NCBI RefSeq assembly: GCF_001735745.1
Contig: NZ_CP017260.1
Location: 1,170,001-1,202,000, forward strand
Length of the DNA: 32,000 bases
From: Formosa sp. Hel1_33_131
GTDB taxonomy: Bacteria; Bacteroidota; Bacteroidia; Flavobacteriales; Flavobacteriaceae
Reading direction: 5' to 3'
Of this stretch, positions 15,939-24,922 are shown in pieces. Both the position numbers and the translations under genes were made by a program. Within the stretch, counting starts at the first letter, position 1. Each line of letters opens with the position of its first letter. Below the pieces are notes generated by a model. It searched no databases, had not been told where the DNA came from, and was given only the letters and a program-made list of their open reading frames with translations.

Positions 15939-15960
15939 CATACTATATATATTTTATTTA

Positions 15961-15993
15961 AAACCTGTTTGGCTTGCTGAATAGGTTTTTTTT
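15961..15993 (+). terminator. Intrinsic terminator after tsf
   Basis: Hairpin CCTGTTTGG-CTTG-CTGAATAGG (9 bp, 3 G-U), flanked by AAA on the 5' side and a T8 run (15986-15993) on the 3' side. Confidence 0.65.
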
Positions 15994-16097
15994 ATGCTTA
16001 ATTTTAAGTAAAAATCAACTTGTATGGTTTTTGTATAGTGAAAAACAAAAATAATGTAGTGAAATACTATATTTTTATGTTTTTAAAATTTATACCA

Positions 16098-17669
16098 ATG
16101 AAATTTAACTTTACCCAACTTTCTCTTGTGTTTTTAATTGCTGCACAACTTTCTTTCGCACAACAAATGCCCATCAATTTTTCTGATTCTTCAGAAAATT
16201 TTACAACTTTTGGCGGCAGTGGTTTTTCTTTTCATACAGATCCCGATGATTCTGGAAACGATGTGGGGAAATTTTATAATAATGGTGCAACTTGGCAAGG
16301 GTTTACGCTTAGTTTAGAAAGACCTATTGATTTAGATTTTCAAAAAACCATTTCACTTTCTTTCTATGGATATGATGCCAATGCACACACCATACTTCTT
16401 AAATTAGAAGATGGCGTAAATGCAGATGTTGAGGTAACCCAAAACGTGGCTTCTGGAGGCGGATGGACCACAGGAATTACATTCGATTTTGCAAATGCCG
16501 TATTAAGTTCAGATGGTACTACACCAATAAATGCAAGCGGAGCTTACGACCGATTGACCATTTTCATTGATGGAAACGTCACAACAGCAGGAACGTATTT
16601 ATTGGATGATATTGATGATGGCTCAGTAGAGACCGACCCAAACGCATTGGATGTGATTTATGATACATTGGTTTGGGAAGATAACTTTGACACTCCAGGA
16701 GTGGTGAATCCAACGAATTGGCACTACCAAACTCAAGTTATTATACCAGGCATTGGTTGGGCCAATGGCGAGGAGCAGCATTACACCAACCGCATAGATA
16801 ATTCTTTTGTGGACACTTCAGGAAATCTAAATATCGTTGCAAAAGATGAAATCTGGACGGATCAAGGGTTGACAAAAAACTATACATCAGCACGACTCAA
16901 CTCAAAGTTTGCGTTTACGTATGGGAGAGTTGATGTCCGCGCAAAACTACCAAGTGATGACGGGACTTGGCCTGCCATTTGGACGCTCGGCAAAAATATT
17001 TATGAACAGGGTGCTTTTTGGCATTCTAGTTATGGAACCTGGGACACGCGTTGGCCCTACTGTGGAGAAATAGACATTATGGAGCACGGTTTAGGAGCGT
17101 TAAATCATGTGGCTGGTTCACTACACACCCCTTCTAGTAGCGGGGCAACCATAAACACCTCAGGGATTGATATTTCGGACGTAAACGATTGGCATATTTA
17201 TTCTATGAATTGGTCGCCAGATCAAATTACGTTTTTAGTGGATGGTGCTGGGTTTTACACCTACAACCCTTCAAACAAAAATGACGACACCTGGCCCTTT
17301 TACGAAGATCAATTTATATTGCTAAACCTCGCAATGGGAGGGATTTCCGGAACGATCGATTCCAACTTTACACAAGCCTCAATGATTGTCGATTATGTGA
17401 AAGTATACCAAGCTGCACCTTTAAGTATTACTGATTTAAATTTAGACAGTACACTCAGTGTGTATCCAAACCCTGCAACGGATACTATTCATATCACGGC
17501 TAAAGTCGCCCTCAACAGCTTAGCACTTTATGACGTGTATGGCAAACTGATCCTTAAAAAAGAAAACAACACCAACAGTCTTGATGTAAGTCGTTTAAAT
17601 TCGGGAATTTACTTTCTGGAAGTGTCTTCCAATACTGAAAAAGTAATTAAGAAAGTGATCGTTAATTAA
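16098..17669 (+). CDS. Secreted glycoside hydrolase family 16 (laminarinase/beta-glucanase-like) with an N-terminal CBM-like domain and a C-terminal T9SS sorting domain
   Basis: Signal peptide from ATG 16098 (MKFNFTQLSLVFLIAAQLSFAQQ). The GH16 catalytic motif EIDIME is encoded at 17067-17084. The C-terminal Por/T9SS tail is LSVYPNPATDTIHI...LNSGIYFLEVSS...KKVIVN. The TTG 16020 extension is rejected. Confidence 0.85.
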   Translation: MKFNFTQLSLVFLIAAQLSFAQQMPINFSDSSENFTTFGGSGFSFHTDPDDSGNDVGKFYNNGATWQGFTLSLERPIDLDFQKTISLSFYGYDANAHTILLKLEDGVNADVEVTQNVASGGGWTTGITFDFANAVLSSDGTTPINASGAYDRLTIFIDGNVTTAGTYLLDDIDDGSVETDPNALDVIYDTLVWEDNFDTPGVVNPTNWHYQTQVIIPGIGWANGEEQHYTNRIDNSFVDTSGNLNIVAKDEIWTDQGLTKNYTSARLNSKFAFTYGRVDVRAKLPSDDGTWPAIWTLGKNIYEQGAFWHSSYGTWDTRWPYCGEIDIMEHGLGALNHVAGSLHTPSSSGATINTSGIDISDVNDWHIYSMNWSPDQITFLVDGAGFYTYNPSNKNDDTWPFYEDQFILLNLAMGGISGTIDSNFTQASMIVDYVKVYQAAPLSITDLNLDSTLSVYPNPATDTIHITAKVALNSLALYDVYGKLILKKENNTNSLDVSRLNSGIYFLEVSSNTEKVIKKVIVN

Positions 17670-17868
17670 GTTCCGTTAATTGGGATGCTGTAGTATATTT
17701 TTTAGTAATTACTAAATCTGGTAAACATCCACATATTATTTTTATTATAGAATACAATTAGAGTCTATTTATTGTTGTAGAATAAATAAACGTAAAACCC
17801 AAAAAACAGATTCCATTCAAAATTGATTAGAATTCCCAAAAACCGCTTTTTGGATTTAAGATATTGCG

Positions 17869-17876
17869 TATATTTG
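17869..17876 (+). promoter_or_regulatory. Candidate -7 box TATATTTG for pyrH-frr (possible -33 TTTG at 17849-17852)
   Basis: Exact TAnnTTTG match 21 nt upstream of the pyrH ATG at 17897. It overlaps the TTG (17864) that the ORF track used as a start, which argues against that start. Confidence 0.45.
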
Positions 17877-17896
17877 CACAACGATCGACACCAATT

Positions 17897-18601
17897 ATGA
17901 CATACAAACGAATATTACTCAAGTTATCTGGAGAAGCCCTAATGGGGAATCGCAATTATGGAATCGATCCCGATCGTTTGTCCGACTACGCGGATCAAAT
18001 CAAACAAATCACTGAGCAAGGCATTGAAGTAGCCATTGTGATTGGTGGTGGTAATATTTTTAGAGGTGTTGCAGGAGCCAGTAATGGTATGGACCGTGTT
18101 CAAGGCGATCACATGGGCATGTTAGCCACCGTGATTAATGGTCTGGCATTGCAAAGTGCGTTGGAAAACGCAGGTGTTCCAACCCGTTTACAGTCCGCCA
18201 TAAAAATCAACGAAGTTGCAGAGCCTTTTATTCGACGTCGTGCCATGCGCCACTTAGAAAAAGGACGTGTTGTGATTTTTGGTGGCGGTACAGGAAATCC
18301 TTATTTCACAACCGATTCAGCCGCAGTACTTCGAGCCATCGAAATTGAAGCCGATGTGATTTTGAAAGGCACCCGAGTGGATGGTATTTACAATACCGAT
18401 CCCGAAAAAGACAAGACAGCCATTAAATTTAATACCATTAGTTTTGAGGATGTATTGAAAAAAGGACTCAAAGTAATGGACACAACAGCCTTTACATTAA
18501 GCCAAGAGAACGACTTACCAATTATTGTTTTTGATATGAATAAACACGGAAACCTTCTAAAGATTGTTTCTGGGGAAGCCATCGGAACGACCGTGAGCTA
18601 A
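17897..18601 (+). CDS. pyrH: UMP kinase
   Basis: [17 protein letters not shown]...[11 protein letters not shown]...[41 protein letters not shown] is the canonical PyrH pattern. Confidence 0.95.
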   Translation: MTYKRILLKLSGEALMGNRNYGIDPDRLSDYADQIKQITEQGIEVAIVIGGGNIFRGVAGASNGMDRVQGDHMGMLATVINGLALQSALENAGVPTRLQSAIKINEVAEPFIRRRAMRHLEKGRVVIFGGGTGNPYFTTDSAAVLRAIEIEADVILKGTRVDGIYNTDPEKDKTAIKFNTISFEDVLKKGLKVMDTTAFTLSQENDLPIIVFDMNKHGNLLKIVSGEAIGTTVS

Positions 18602-18636
18602 ATAAACATTTACCATACTTATAAAAAGATTCAACC

Positions 18637-19194
18637 ATGAACGAAGACATAGATTTTATACTGGATAGCACAAAAGAAGCAATGGTAAATGCGTTGAAGC
18701 ATTTAGAAAAACAATTTGTAAACATCCGCGCAGGAAAAGCAAGTCCCACCATGCTGGGCAGTGTGATGGTCGATTATTATGGCTCTCAAACCCCTTTGGC
18801 ACAAGTCGCCAACGTGAACACTCCAGACGGACGGACGATTACCGTTCAGCCATGGGAAAAAGCGATGTTACAAGAAATAGAACGTTCCATAATGATTGCC
18901 AATTTAGGATTCAATCCGATGAATAATGGCGAAACCATCATAATCAATGTGCCGCCATTGACAGAAGAACGCCGTCGCGAGTTAGCCAAACAAGCAAAAT
19001 CTGAAGTGGAAGAAGCAAAAATCTCCATCCGTGCTGCAAGAAAAGATGCAAATTCAGAAATTAAAAATACTGAAGATGCTTCTGAAGATCTTCAAAAAAA
19101 TGCGGAAGTCGATGTACAACAACTCACCGATGCACACGTCAAAAAAGCAGAAGAATTATACGCTGCAAAAGAAATAGAAATCCTCAAAATTTAA
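18637..19194 (+). CDS. frr: Ribosome recycling factor
   Basis: LEKQFVNIRAGKASPTMLGSVMVDYYGSQTPLAQVANVNTPDGRTITVQPWEK...PPLTEERRRELAKQAK is the canonical RRF pattern. Confidence 0.95.
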   Translation: MNEDIDFILDSTKEAMVNALKHLEKQFVNIRAGKASPTMLGSVMVDYYGSQTPLAQVANVNTPDGRTITVQPWEKAMLQEIERSIMIANLGFNPMNNGETIIINVPPLTEERRRELAKQAKSEVEEAKISIRAARKDANSEIKNTEDASEDLQKNAEVDVQQLTDAHVKKAEELYAAKEIEILKI

Positions 19195-19264
19195 TCCCTC
19201 AAATTTTTAAGGATTGTGATGGAAACTTAAGCGCTCCATACCCTTCCTTTTGATTCATTTTATC

Positions 19265-19272
19265 TACCTTTG
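19265..19272 (+). promoter_or_regulatory. Candidate -7 box TACCTTTG for the RND/MMPL transporter gene
   Basis: TAnnTTTG match 19 nt upstream of ATG 19291. It overlaps the TTG 19270 start proposed by the ORF track, which favours the ATG at 19291. Confidence 0.4.
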
Positions 19273-19290
19273 ACGCCATCAAAAAAGACT

Positions 19291-21684
19291 ATGTTTAAAC
19301 TCTTTTCAAGCGGGTTTTGGGAAACCGTTGCACGACTCATCTTAAGAAATAGAATTCTGATTCTTGTCGCCGTTGCGCTGACAACAGGGTTTTTCTCCAT
19401 GCAATGGAACAATATGCGCTTCACTTATACCGAAGCCAACCTGTTGCCGGACAAGCATCCGATCAATTTAGAATACAATCATTTCCTAGATATTTTTGGA
19501 GAAGAAGGCAATTTGATCGTCATGGGCGTGAAAGACAGTACCCTACTCACTGTCAAAAAACTGAATGCTTGGAATGCATTTTCTAAAAGTTTTGATGCAC
19601 ATCCCAACGTGGACGCCGTCATTGCGATAAAAGATTTACAGAAACTGGTTAAAAATGAGCGCAAAAAACAATTTGACCTCATCCCTTTTATTAAAGATTC
19701 TGTACAAACACAATCCGAAGTAAATGCGCTGAAAAAAGCCCTTTTTGAGGACTACCCTTTTTACGATAACATTCTTTTTAACAAAGAAACCGAAGCCATT
19801 CGAACGGCGATCTATTTAGATAAATCGATTGTCAATACCCCGGAGCGAAAGGCATTTATTGAAGACGTTTTAATTCCAAAAGTGAAAACCTTTGAAGATG
19901 CCTCTGGTTTAGATGTGCGCGTTTCTGGGATGCCCTATGTACGAACGCTAAATGCTCAAAATATTGTTGACGAAATCAGCCTCTTTATTTTAGCGGCCAT
20001 TTTAGTCACCTCGCTTATTTTCTTTTTCTTTTTCAGATCGTTTAGAGCCACTTTCATTTCGATGATTGTTGTGGTTATTGGGGTGATGTGGACCTTTGGA
20101 ATTTTAGGACTGTTACAGTACGAAATTACCGTGCTTACAGCCTTGATCCCACCACTCATTATTGTCATTGGAATTCCAAACTGTATTTTCCTGATAAATA
20201 AATACCAGCACGAAGTCAACAAACACGGAAACAAAGCCAAGTCCCTTCAGCGGGTGATTTCGAAAGTTGGGAATGCCACGTTGATGACCAATGTAACCAC
20301 GGCTTCAGGGTTTGCGACTTTTATAATCACACAAAGTAAATTACTGACCGAATTTGGAATCGTTGCCTCCCTGAGTATAATTGCCATTTTTCTATTGTGC
20401 TTATTAATCATTCCTATCATTTATAGTTTTATGCCGATCCCAAAAGAGAAGCATTTAGAGCATTTAAACAAACGATGGATCAACCGCCTTGGCGATTGGA
20501 TCGAGCACACGGTTAAGCATAAAAACATCACTATCTACATAACGGCGATTCTTTTACTCGCCATCAGTATTATTGGAATTTTTCAAATTGAAACCACTGG
20601 GAGTTTGATTGAAGACATGCCTAAAAAAGCGGAGTTTTATAAAGACATAGAATTCTACGAAAAAGAGTTTAACGGGGTCATGCCGCTTGAAATTATGATT
20701 GATACCAAACGCAAAAAAGGGGTCATAAAACTTTCAACCTTAAAACGTATGAGTGCGTTGGAAGATTTGATTGTTGAAATTCCAGAACTATCAAAGCCCA
20801 TCTCAGTAGTAAGCTTGGTGAAGTATTCCAAACAAGCCTATTACAATGGGAATCCTAAGTATTATCAGTTGCCCTCGTCACAAGAAAATAGTTTTATTTT
20901 ATCCTATGCAAAAAACGCCTCTACAGATGTCGATTTGCTAAAAAACTTTGTGGACAGTACGGGACGCTATGCTCGAATCACCACCTTTATGAAAGATGCG
21001 GGGATCGACAAAATGGAACGTATTGAAGAAGATCTTCTAGCAAAAATTGACAAGCTATTTCCTAAAAAACAGTACGATGTTTCCATCACAGGAAAAGCTT
21101 ATTTATTTCAAAAAGGGACCAAATATTTAGTTCGAAACTTAGTCTTATCATTAGCCCTAGCCATCTTTTTGATCTCGCTTTTTATGGCTTATATGTTTCG
21201 CTCGTTCCGAATGATTATCATTTCGTTGATTCCGAATTTGTTACCGCTATTGATCACCGCAGGAATGATGGGCTTTTTAGGGGTGCCCATAAAACCTTCC
21301 ACAATACTCGTGTTTAGTATTGCGTTTGGAATTTCGGTGGATGACACGATTCACTTTTTAGCCAAATACCGACAAGAATTGTTGGCAAACCATTGGAAAA
21401 TTAAAAAATCGGTCTTTGCAGCACTTCGAGAAACAGGCGTTAGTATGTTCTATACATCCATTGTACTGTTCTTTGGATTTTCGGTCTTTATAACCTCCAG
21501 TTTTGGAGGCACTGTCGCTTTAGGCGCCTTGATTTCGGCGACCTTATTATTGGCAATGTTGGCAAATTTACTCTTGTTACCCTGCCTGTTGTTATCATTA
21601 GAACGCAGCATCGCAAACAAGAAAGTATTGAAAAAGCCCGCACTGAATATCATTCCAGAAGAGGAAGCGTTTGAAGAAGACTAA
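19291..21684 (+). CDS. RND-superfamily transporter of the MMPL/HpnN/Patched-like (sterol-sensing-domain) type, 12-TM with two large periplasmic loops
   Basis: Two-fold repeat architecture: an N-terminal TM, a soluble loop, a 5-TM bundle (LFILAAILVTSLIFFFFFRSFRATFISMIVVVIGVMWTFGILGL...), a second loop, and a second 5-TM bundle (LVLSLALAIFLISLFMAYMFRSFRMIIISLIPNLLPLLITAGMMGF...GISVDDTIHFLAKY). Confidence 0.85.
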   Translation: MFKLFSSGFWETVARLILRNRILILVAVALTTGFFSMQWNNMRFTYTEANLLPDKHPINLEYNHFLDIFGEEGNLIVMGVKDSTLLTVKKLNAWNAFSKSFDAHPNVDAVIAIKDLQKLVKNERKKQFDLIPFIKDSVQTQSEVNALKKALFEDYPFYDNILFNKETEAIRTAIYLDKSIVNTPERKAFIEDVLIPKVKTFEDASGLDVRVSGMPYVRTLNAQNIVDEISLFILAAILVTSLIFFFFFRSFRATFISMIVVVIGVMWTFGILGLLQYEITVLTALIPPLIIVIGIPNCIFLINKYQHEVNKHGNKAKSLQRVISKVGNATLMTNVTTASGFATFIITQSKLLTEFGIVASLSIIAIFLLCLLIIPIIYSFMPIPKEKHLEHLNKRWINRLGDWIEHTVKHKNITIYITAILLLAISIIGIFQIETTGSLIEDMPKKAEFYKDIEFYEKEFNGVMPLEIMIDTKRKKGVIKLSTLKRMSALEDLIVEIPELSKPISVVSLVKYSKQAYYNGNPKYYQLPSSQENSFILSYAKNASTDVDLLKNFVDSTGRYARITTFMKDAGIDKMERIEEDLLAKIDKLFPKKQYDVSITGKAYLFQKGTKYLVRNLVLSLALAIFLISLFMAYMFRSFRMIIISLIPNLLPLLITAGMMGFLGVPIKPSTILVFSIAFGISVDDTIHFLAKYRQELLANHWKIKKSVFAALRETGVSMFYTSIVLFFGFSVFITSSFGGTVALGALISATLLLAMLANLLLLPCLLLSLERSIANKKVLKKPALNIIPEEEAFEED

Positions 21685-21714
21685 ATCATACACTGTTAAT
21701 TTAGCTTAAAACTT

Positions 21715-21722
21715 TATATTTG
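21715..21722 (+). promoter_or_regulatory. Candidate -7 box TATATTTG for asnS
   Basis: Exact TAnnTTTG match 21 nt upstream of the asnS ATG (21743). Confidence 0.45.
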
Positions 21723-21742
21723 CAGTATTAAAAATTGTACTT

Positions 21743-23185
21743 ATGACCACCAGCACTGTTGCACATTTATTAACTCAAGAACTCAAACATACAGACATTG
21801 AGGTCAAAGGATGGGTTCGAACGTTTAGAGCCAACCGATTTATAGCCCTCAATGATGGCTCTTGCCTTCAAAGCATTCAATGTGTGGTTGATTTTGAAAG
21901 CATGGATGAGGCCTTGCTAAAACGCATTACAACAGGAGCTGCTGTACACATAAAAGGCGGTTTGGTTGAAAGTCAAGGAAAAGGTCAGTCGGTAGAAGTT
22001 CAAGTGAATTCTATTGAGATTCTAGGGGATGCAGATCCGGAGGAAGTTTCAAAAACTATCTTGCAACCCAAGCGTCATTCTTTAGAGTTTTTAAGAGAAC
22101 AAGCACATTTACGTACACGAACCAATACGTTTAGTGCCGTGATGCGACTGCGTTCTTCGCTGTCATTTGCGGTTCATTCTTATTTTAATAAAAATGGTTT
22201 TTACTATATGCATGCCCCGATTGTCACTGGAAGTGATGCCGAAGGTGCAGGCGAAATGTTTAGAGTAACCACTTTAGATCCTAAAAATCCACCACTAACA
22301 GATGAAGGTGAAGTGGATTATTCAAAAGACTTTTTTGGAAAAGAAACAAATCTAACGGTATCCGGTCAACTGGAAGCAGAAACCTATGCCATGGCGCTTG
22401 GGAAAGTTTATACTTTTGGCCCTACATTTAGAGCTGAAAACTCAAACACTTCACGACATTTGGCTGAGTTTTGGATGATTGAGCCCGAAGTTGCTTTTAT
22501 GGATTTGGCTGGAAACATGGACCTTGCTGAAGACTTTATGAAGTATGTCATCAGTTACGTTTTAGAACACAACAAAGAAGACCTTGCCTTTTTAGAGCAA
22601 CGTTTGGAACAAGAAGATAAATCGAAACCTCAAAATGAGCGTGCACCCATGCCACTCACTGAGAAACTTCGTTTTATTGTTGACAACAACTTTAAGCGTG
22701 TCAGCTATACTGAAGCAATTGATATTTTACGAAATTGCAAGCCTAATAAAAAGAAAAAGTTTAAATATATTATTGACGAATGGGGTGCCGATTTACAAAG
22801 TGAGCACGAACGCTTTTTAGTAGAGCAACACTTTAAATGTCCTGTGATCTTGTTTGATTATCCAGCCAAAATTAAAGCCTTTTATATGCGCTTAAATGAG
22901 GACGGAAAAACGGTGAGAGCCATGGATATTCTATTCCCAGGGATTGGTGAAATTGTTGGCGGATCGCAACGAGAAGAACGCTTGGACGTTTTAAAAGAAA
23001 AAATGGCGGAGCTTGACATCCCCGAAGAAGACCTTTGGTGGTATTTAGATTTGAGAAAATATGGAACGGCTGTGCATTCTGGATTTGGACTTGGCTTTGA
23101 ACGCTTGGTAATGTTTGCTACTGGAATGGGTAACATTCGCGACGTAATTCCTTACCCACGAACGCCTTTTAACGCTGAATTTTAA
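21743..23185 (+). CDS. asnS: Asparagine--tRNA ligase
   Basis: N-terminal OB anticodon-binding pattern (VKGWVRTFRANRFIALNDGS). Class II core motifs are FRAENSNTSRHLAEFWMIEPE and GSQREER...HSGFGLGFERLVMFATGMGNIRDVIPYPR. Confidence 0.95.
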   Translation: MTTSTVAHLLTQELKHTDIEVKGWVRTFRANRFIALNDGSCLQSIQCVVDFESMDEALLKRITTGAAVHIKGGLVESQGKGQSVEVQVNSIEILGDADPEEVSKTILQPKRHSLEFLREQAHLRTRTNTFSAVMRLRSSLSFAVHSYFNKNGFYYMHAPIVTGSDAEGAGEMFRVTTLDPKNPPLTDEGEVDYSKDFFGKETNLTVSGQLEAETYAMALGKVYTFGPTFRAENSNTSRHLAEFWMIEPEVAFMDLAGNMDLAEDFMKYVISYVLEHNKEDLAFLEQRLEQEDKSKPQNERAPMPLTEKLRFIVDNNFKRVSYTEAIDILRNCKPNKKKKFKYIIDEWGADLQSEHERFLVEQHFKCPVILFDYPAKIKAFYMRLNEDGKTVRAMDILFPGIGEIVGGSQREERLDVLKEKMAELDIPEEDLWWYLDLRKYGTAVHSGFGLGFERLVMFATGMGNIRDVIPYPRTPFNAEF

Positions 23186-23466
23186 GGGGAAACATATCGC
23201 ATTTTTTGAAAATAGTGCTGCTTAGCATATATCTAACGTTTTTTTTCTTATTTTTATAGAAAACCTGCAATTGCGGAACTCACTTAAAATTAAATGAAAA
23301 TAAAAAAAGAACCTTTGACTTAATTTTTATTATTCTTTCAACTGCAATATTGATAACATTATCAGAATATGGACTTTTAGAAACGTATATGGCTTTTTCA
23401 TTAATTCCAGTTTTAATTGCATATAAATTCGGACAATATTCTGAAAGAAAATTCAAGAAATAATTA

Positions 23467-24921
23467 ATGCTCAAGCAATACCTACATTATAAATTATCAC
23501 AAAAGCTGTCGCCTCAACAGATTCAGTTGATGAAGCTGATACAGTTGCCTACACAAGCTTTTGAACAACGTCTCAAACAAGAGCTCGAAGAAAACCCAGC
23601 ACTCGAAACCGGAAAAGATCAAGAAGAGACGTATGAAGAGGAGTTTGATTCCAATGATAATGATATGGACAATGAGCAAATCAACGCAGACGATATCAAT
23701 GTCGATGACTATCTGAGCGATGACGAAATTCCAGAATACAGACTTCATGCCAATAATTACAGTGCCGATGATGAACAAAAAACAATTCCTTTTGCTTCTG
23801 GGACGTCTTTTACACAACATCTAATCGACCAACTGAATACCTTTCCGTTAGAGGAAACACACTATCAAATCGCTGAGTTTTTAATTGGGAGTATCGATGA
23901 TAGCGGCTACATCCGACGTCCTTTGCTTGATATTATGGATGATTTGGCTTTTACTCAAAACGTATATACCGATGAAAAAACCATTGAGTCGGTGCTCAAA
24001 GTGGTGCATCTGTTAGACCCCGCCGGCGTGGGTGCTAGAAACCTTCAAGAGTGTTTAGTGCTTCAATTGCATCGAAAAACGCAAACGCCCAATACAGAAT
24101 TAGCCACGAAGATCATTGAATTGGGATTTGAACAATTTACAAAAAAGCATTACAAAAAGCTTTTGCAAAAATTTAGTATTACCGAAGTGCAACTTAAAGA
24201 TGCGATTTTAGAAATTGAACGCTTGAACCCAAAACCTGGGAGTTCCTTTTCAAACAACGCTCGCTCTGTTGAACATGTCGTTCCAGATTTCACTATTAAA
24301 ATTACAGAAGGTGAATTAGAACTCAGTCTCAACGGTCGAAATGCACCAGAATTGCACGTTTCAAGACCGTATAACGAAATGCTAAAAGGTTACAAGGCTT
24401 CTAAAGAAAAAACAAAGTCACAGAAAGATGCGGTACAGTTTATCAAACAAAAACTAGATGCTGCCAAATGGTTTATTGACGCTATAAAACAACGTCAACA
24501 CACCTTGTTTATCACTATGAGTACCATCATGCATTATCAAAAAGATTATTTTTTATCAGGTGATGAGCAACAACTAAAGCCCATGATTTTGAAAGATATT
24601 GCAGACAAAATTGAGATGGATATTTCGACCGTGTCTCGCGTTGCAAATAGCAAATATGTGGACACTCCTTATGGCACAAAGTTGATTAAAGAATTTTTTA
24701 GTGAGTCCATGACCAATGATCAAGGAGAAGAAGTTTCGACCCGAGAAATTAAAAGCATCTTGGAAACTGTGGTTGCTGAAGAAGACAAGAAAAAACCACT
24801 GACAGATGAAAAATTAACAATTATTTTAAAAGAAAAAGGGTACCCAATAGCCCGAAGAACCGTGGCTAAATACCGCGAACAATTAGACCTTCCTGTCGCA
24901 CGACTTCGCAAGGAACTTTAA
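23467..24921 (+). CDS. rpoN: RNA polymerase sigma-54 factor
   Basis: Region I reads LKQYLHYKLSQKLSPQQIQLMKLIQLP, followed by an acidic linker, a core-binding region, a C-terminal HTH, and the RpoN box (ARRTVAKYREQL). Confidence 0.95.
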   Translation: MLKQYLHYKLSQKLSPQQIQLMKLIQLPTQAFEQRLKQELEENPALETGKDQEETYEEEFDSNDNDMDNEQINADDINVDDYLSDDEIPEYRLHANNYSADDEQKTIPFASGTSFTQHLIDQLNTFPLEETHYQIAEFLIGSIDDSGYIRRPLLDIMDDLAFTQNVYTDEKTIESVLKVVHLLDPAGVGARNLQECLVLQLHRKTQTPNTELATKIIELGFEQFTKKHYKKLLQKFSITEVQLKDAILEIERLNPKPGSSFSNNARSVEHVVPDFTIKITEGELELSLNGRNAPELHVSRPYNEMLKGYKASKEKTKSQKDAVQFIKQKLDAAKWFIDAIKQRQHTLFITMSTIMHYQKDYFLSGDEQQLKPMILKDIADKIEMDISTVSRVANSKYVDTPYGTKLIKEFFSESMTNDQGEEVSTREIKSILETVVAEEDKKKPLTDEKLTIILKEKGYPIARRTVAKYREQLDLPVARLRKEL

Positions 24922-24922
24922 C

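Noticed and set aside
18795-18812. TGGCAC sequences as sigma-54 -24 elements (also at ~15696 in tsf and ~16689 in GH16), considered because rpoN is in the window
   Set aside because: All of them lie inside coding sequences and none is followed by TTGC at the -12 spacing. I saw no GG-N10-GC promoter in any intergenic region.
23280-23474. 64-aa minus-strand ORF overlapping the rpoN start
   Set aside because: It has AT-rich composition and no recognisable domain. It overlaps the rpoN ATG and competes with a plus-strand mini-ORF, so there is not enough evidence to call a gene.
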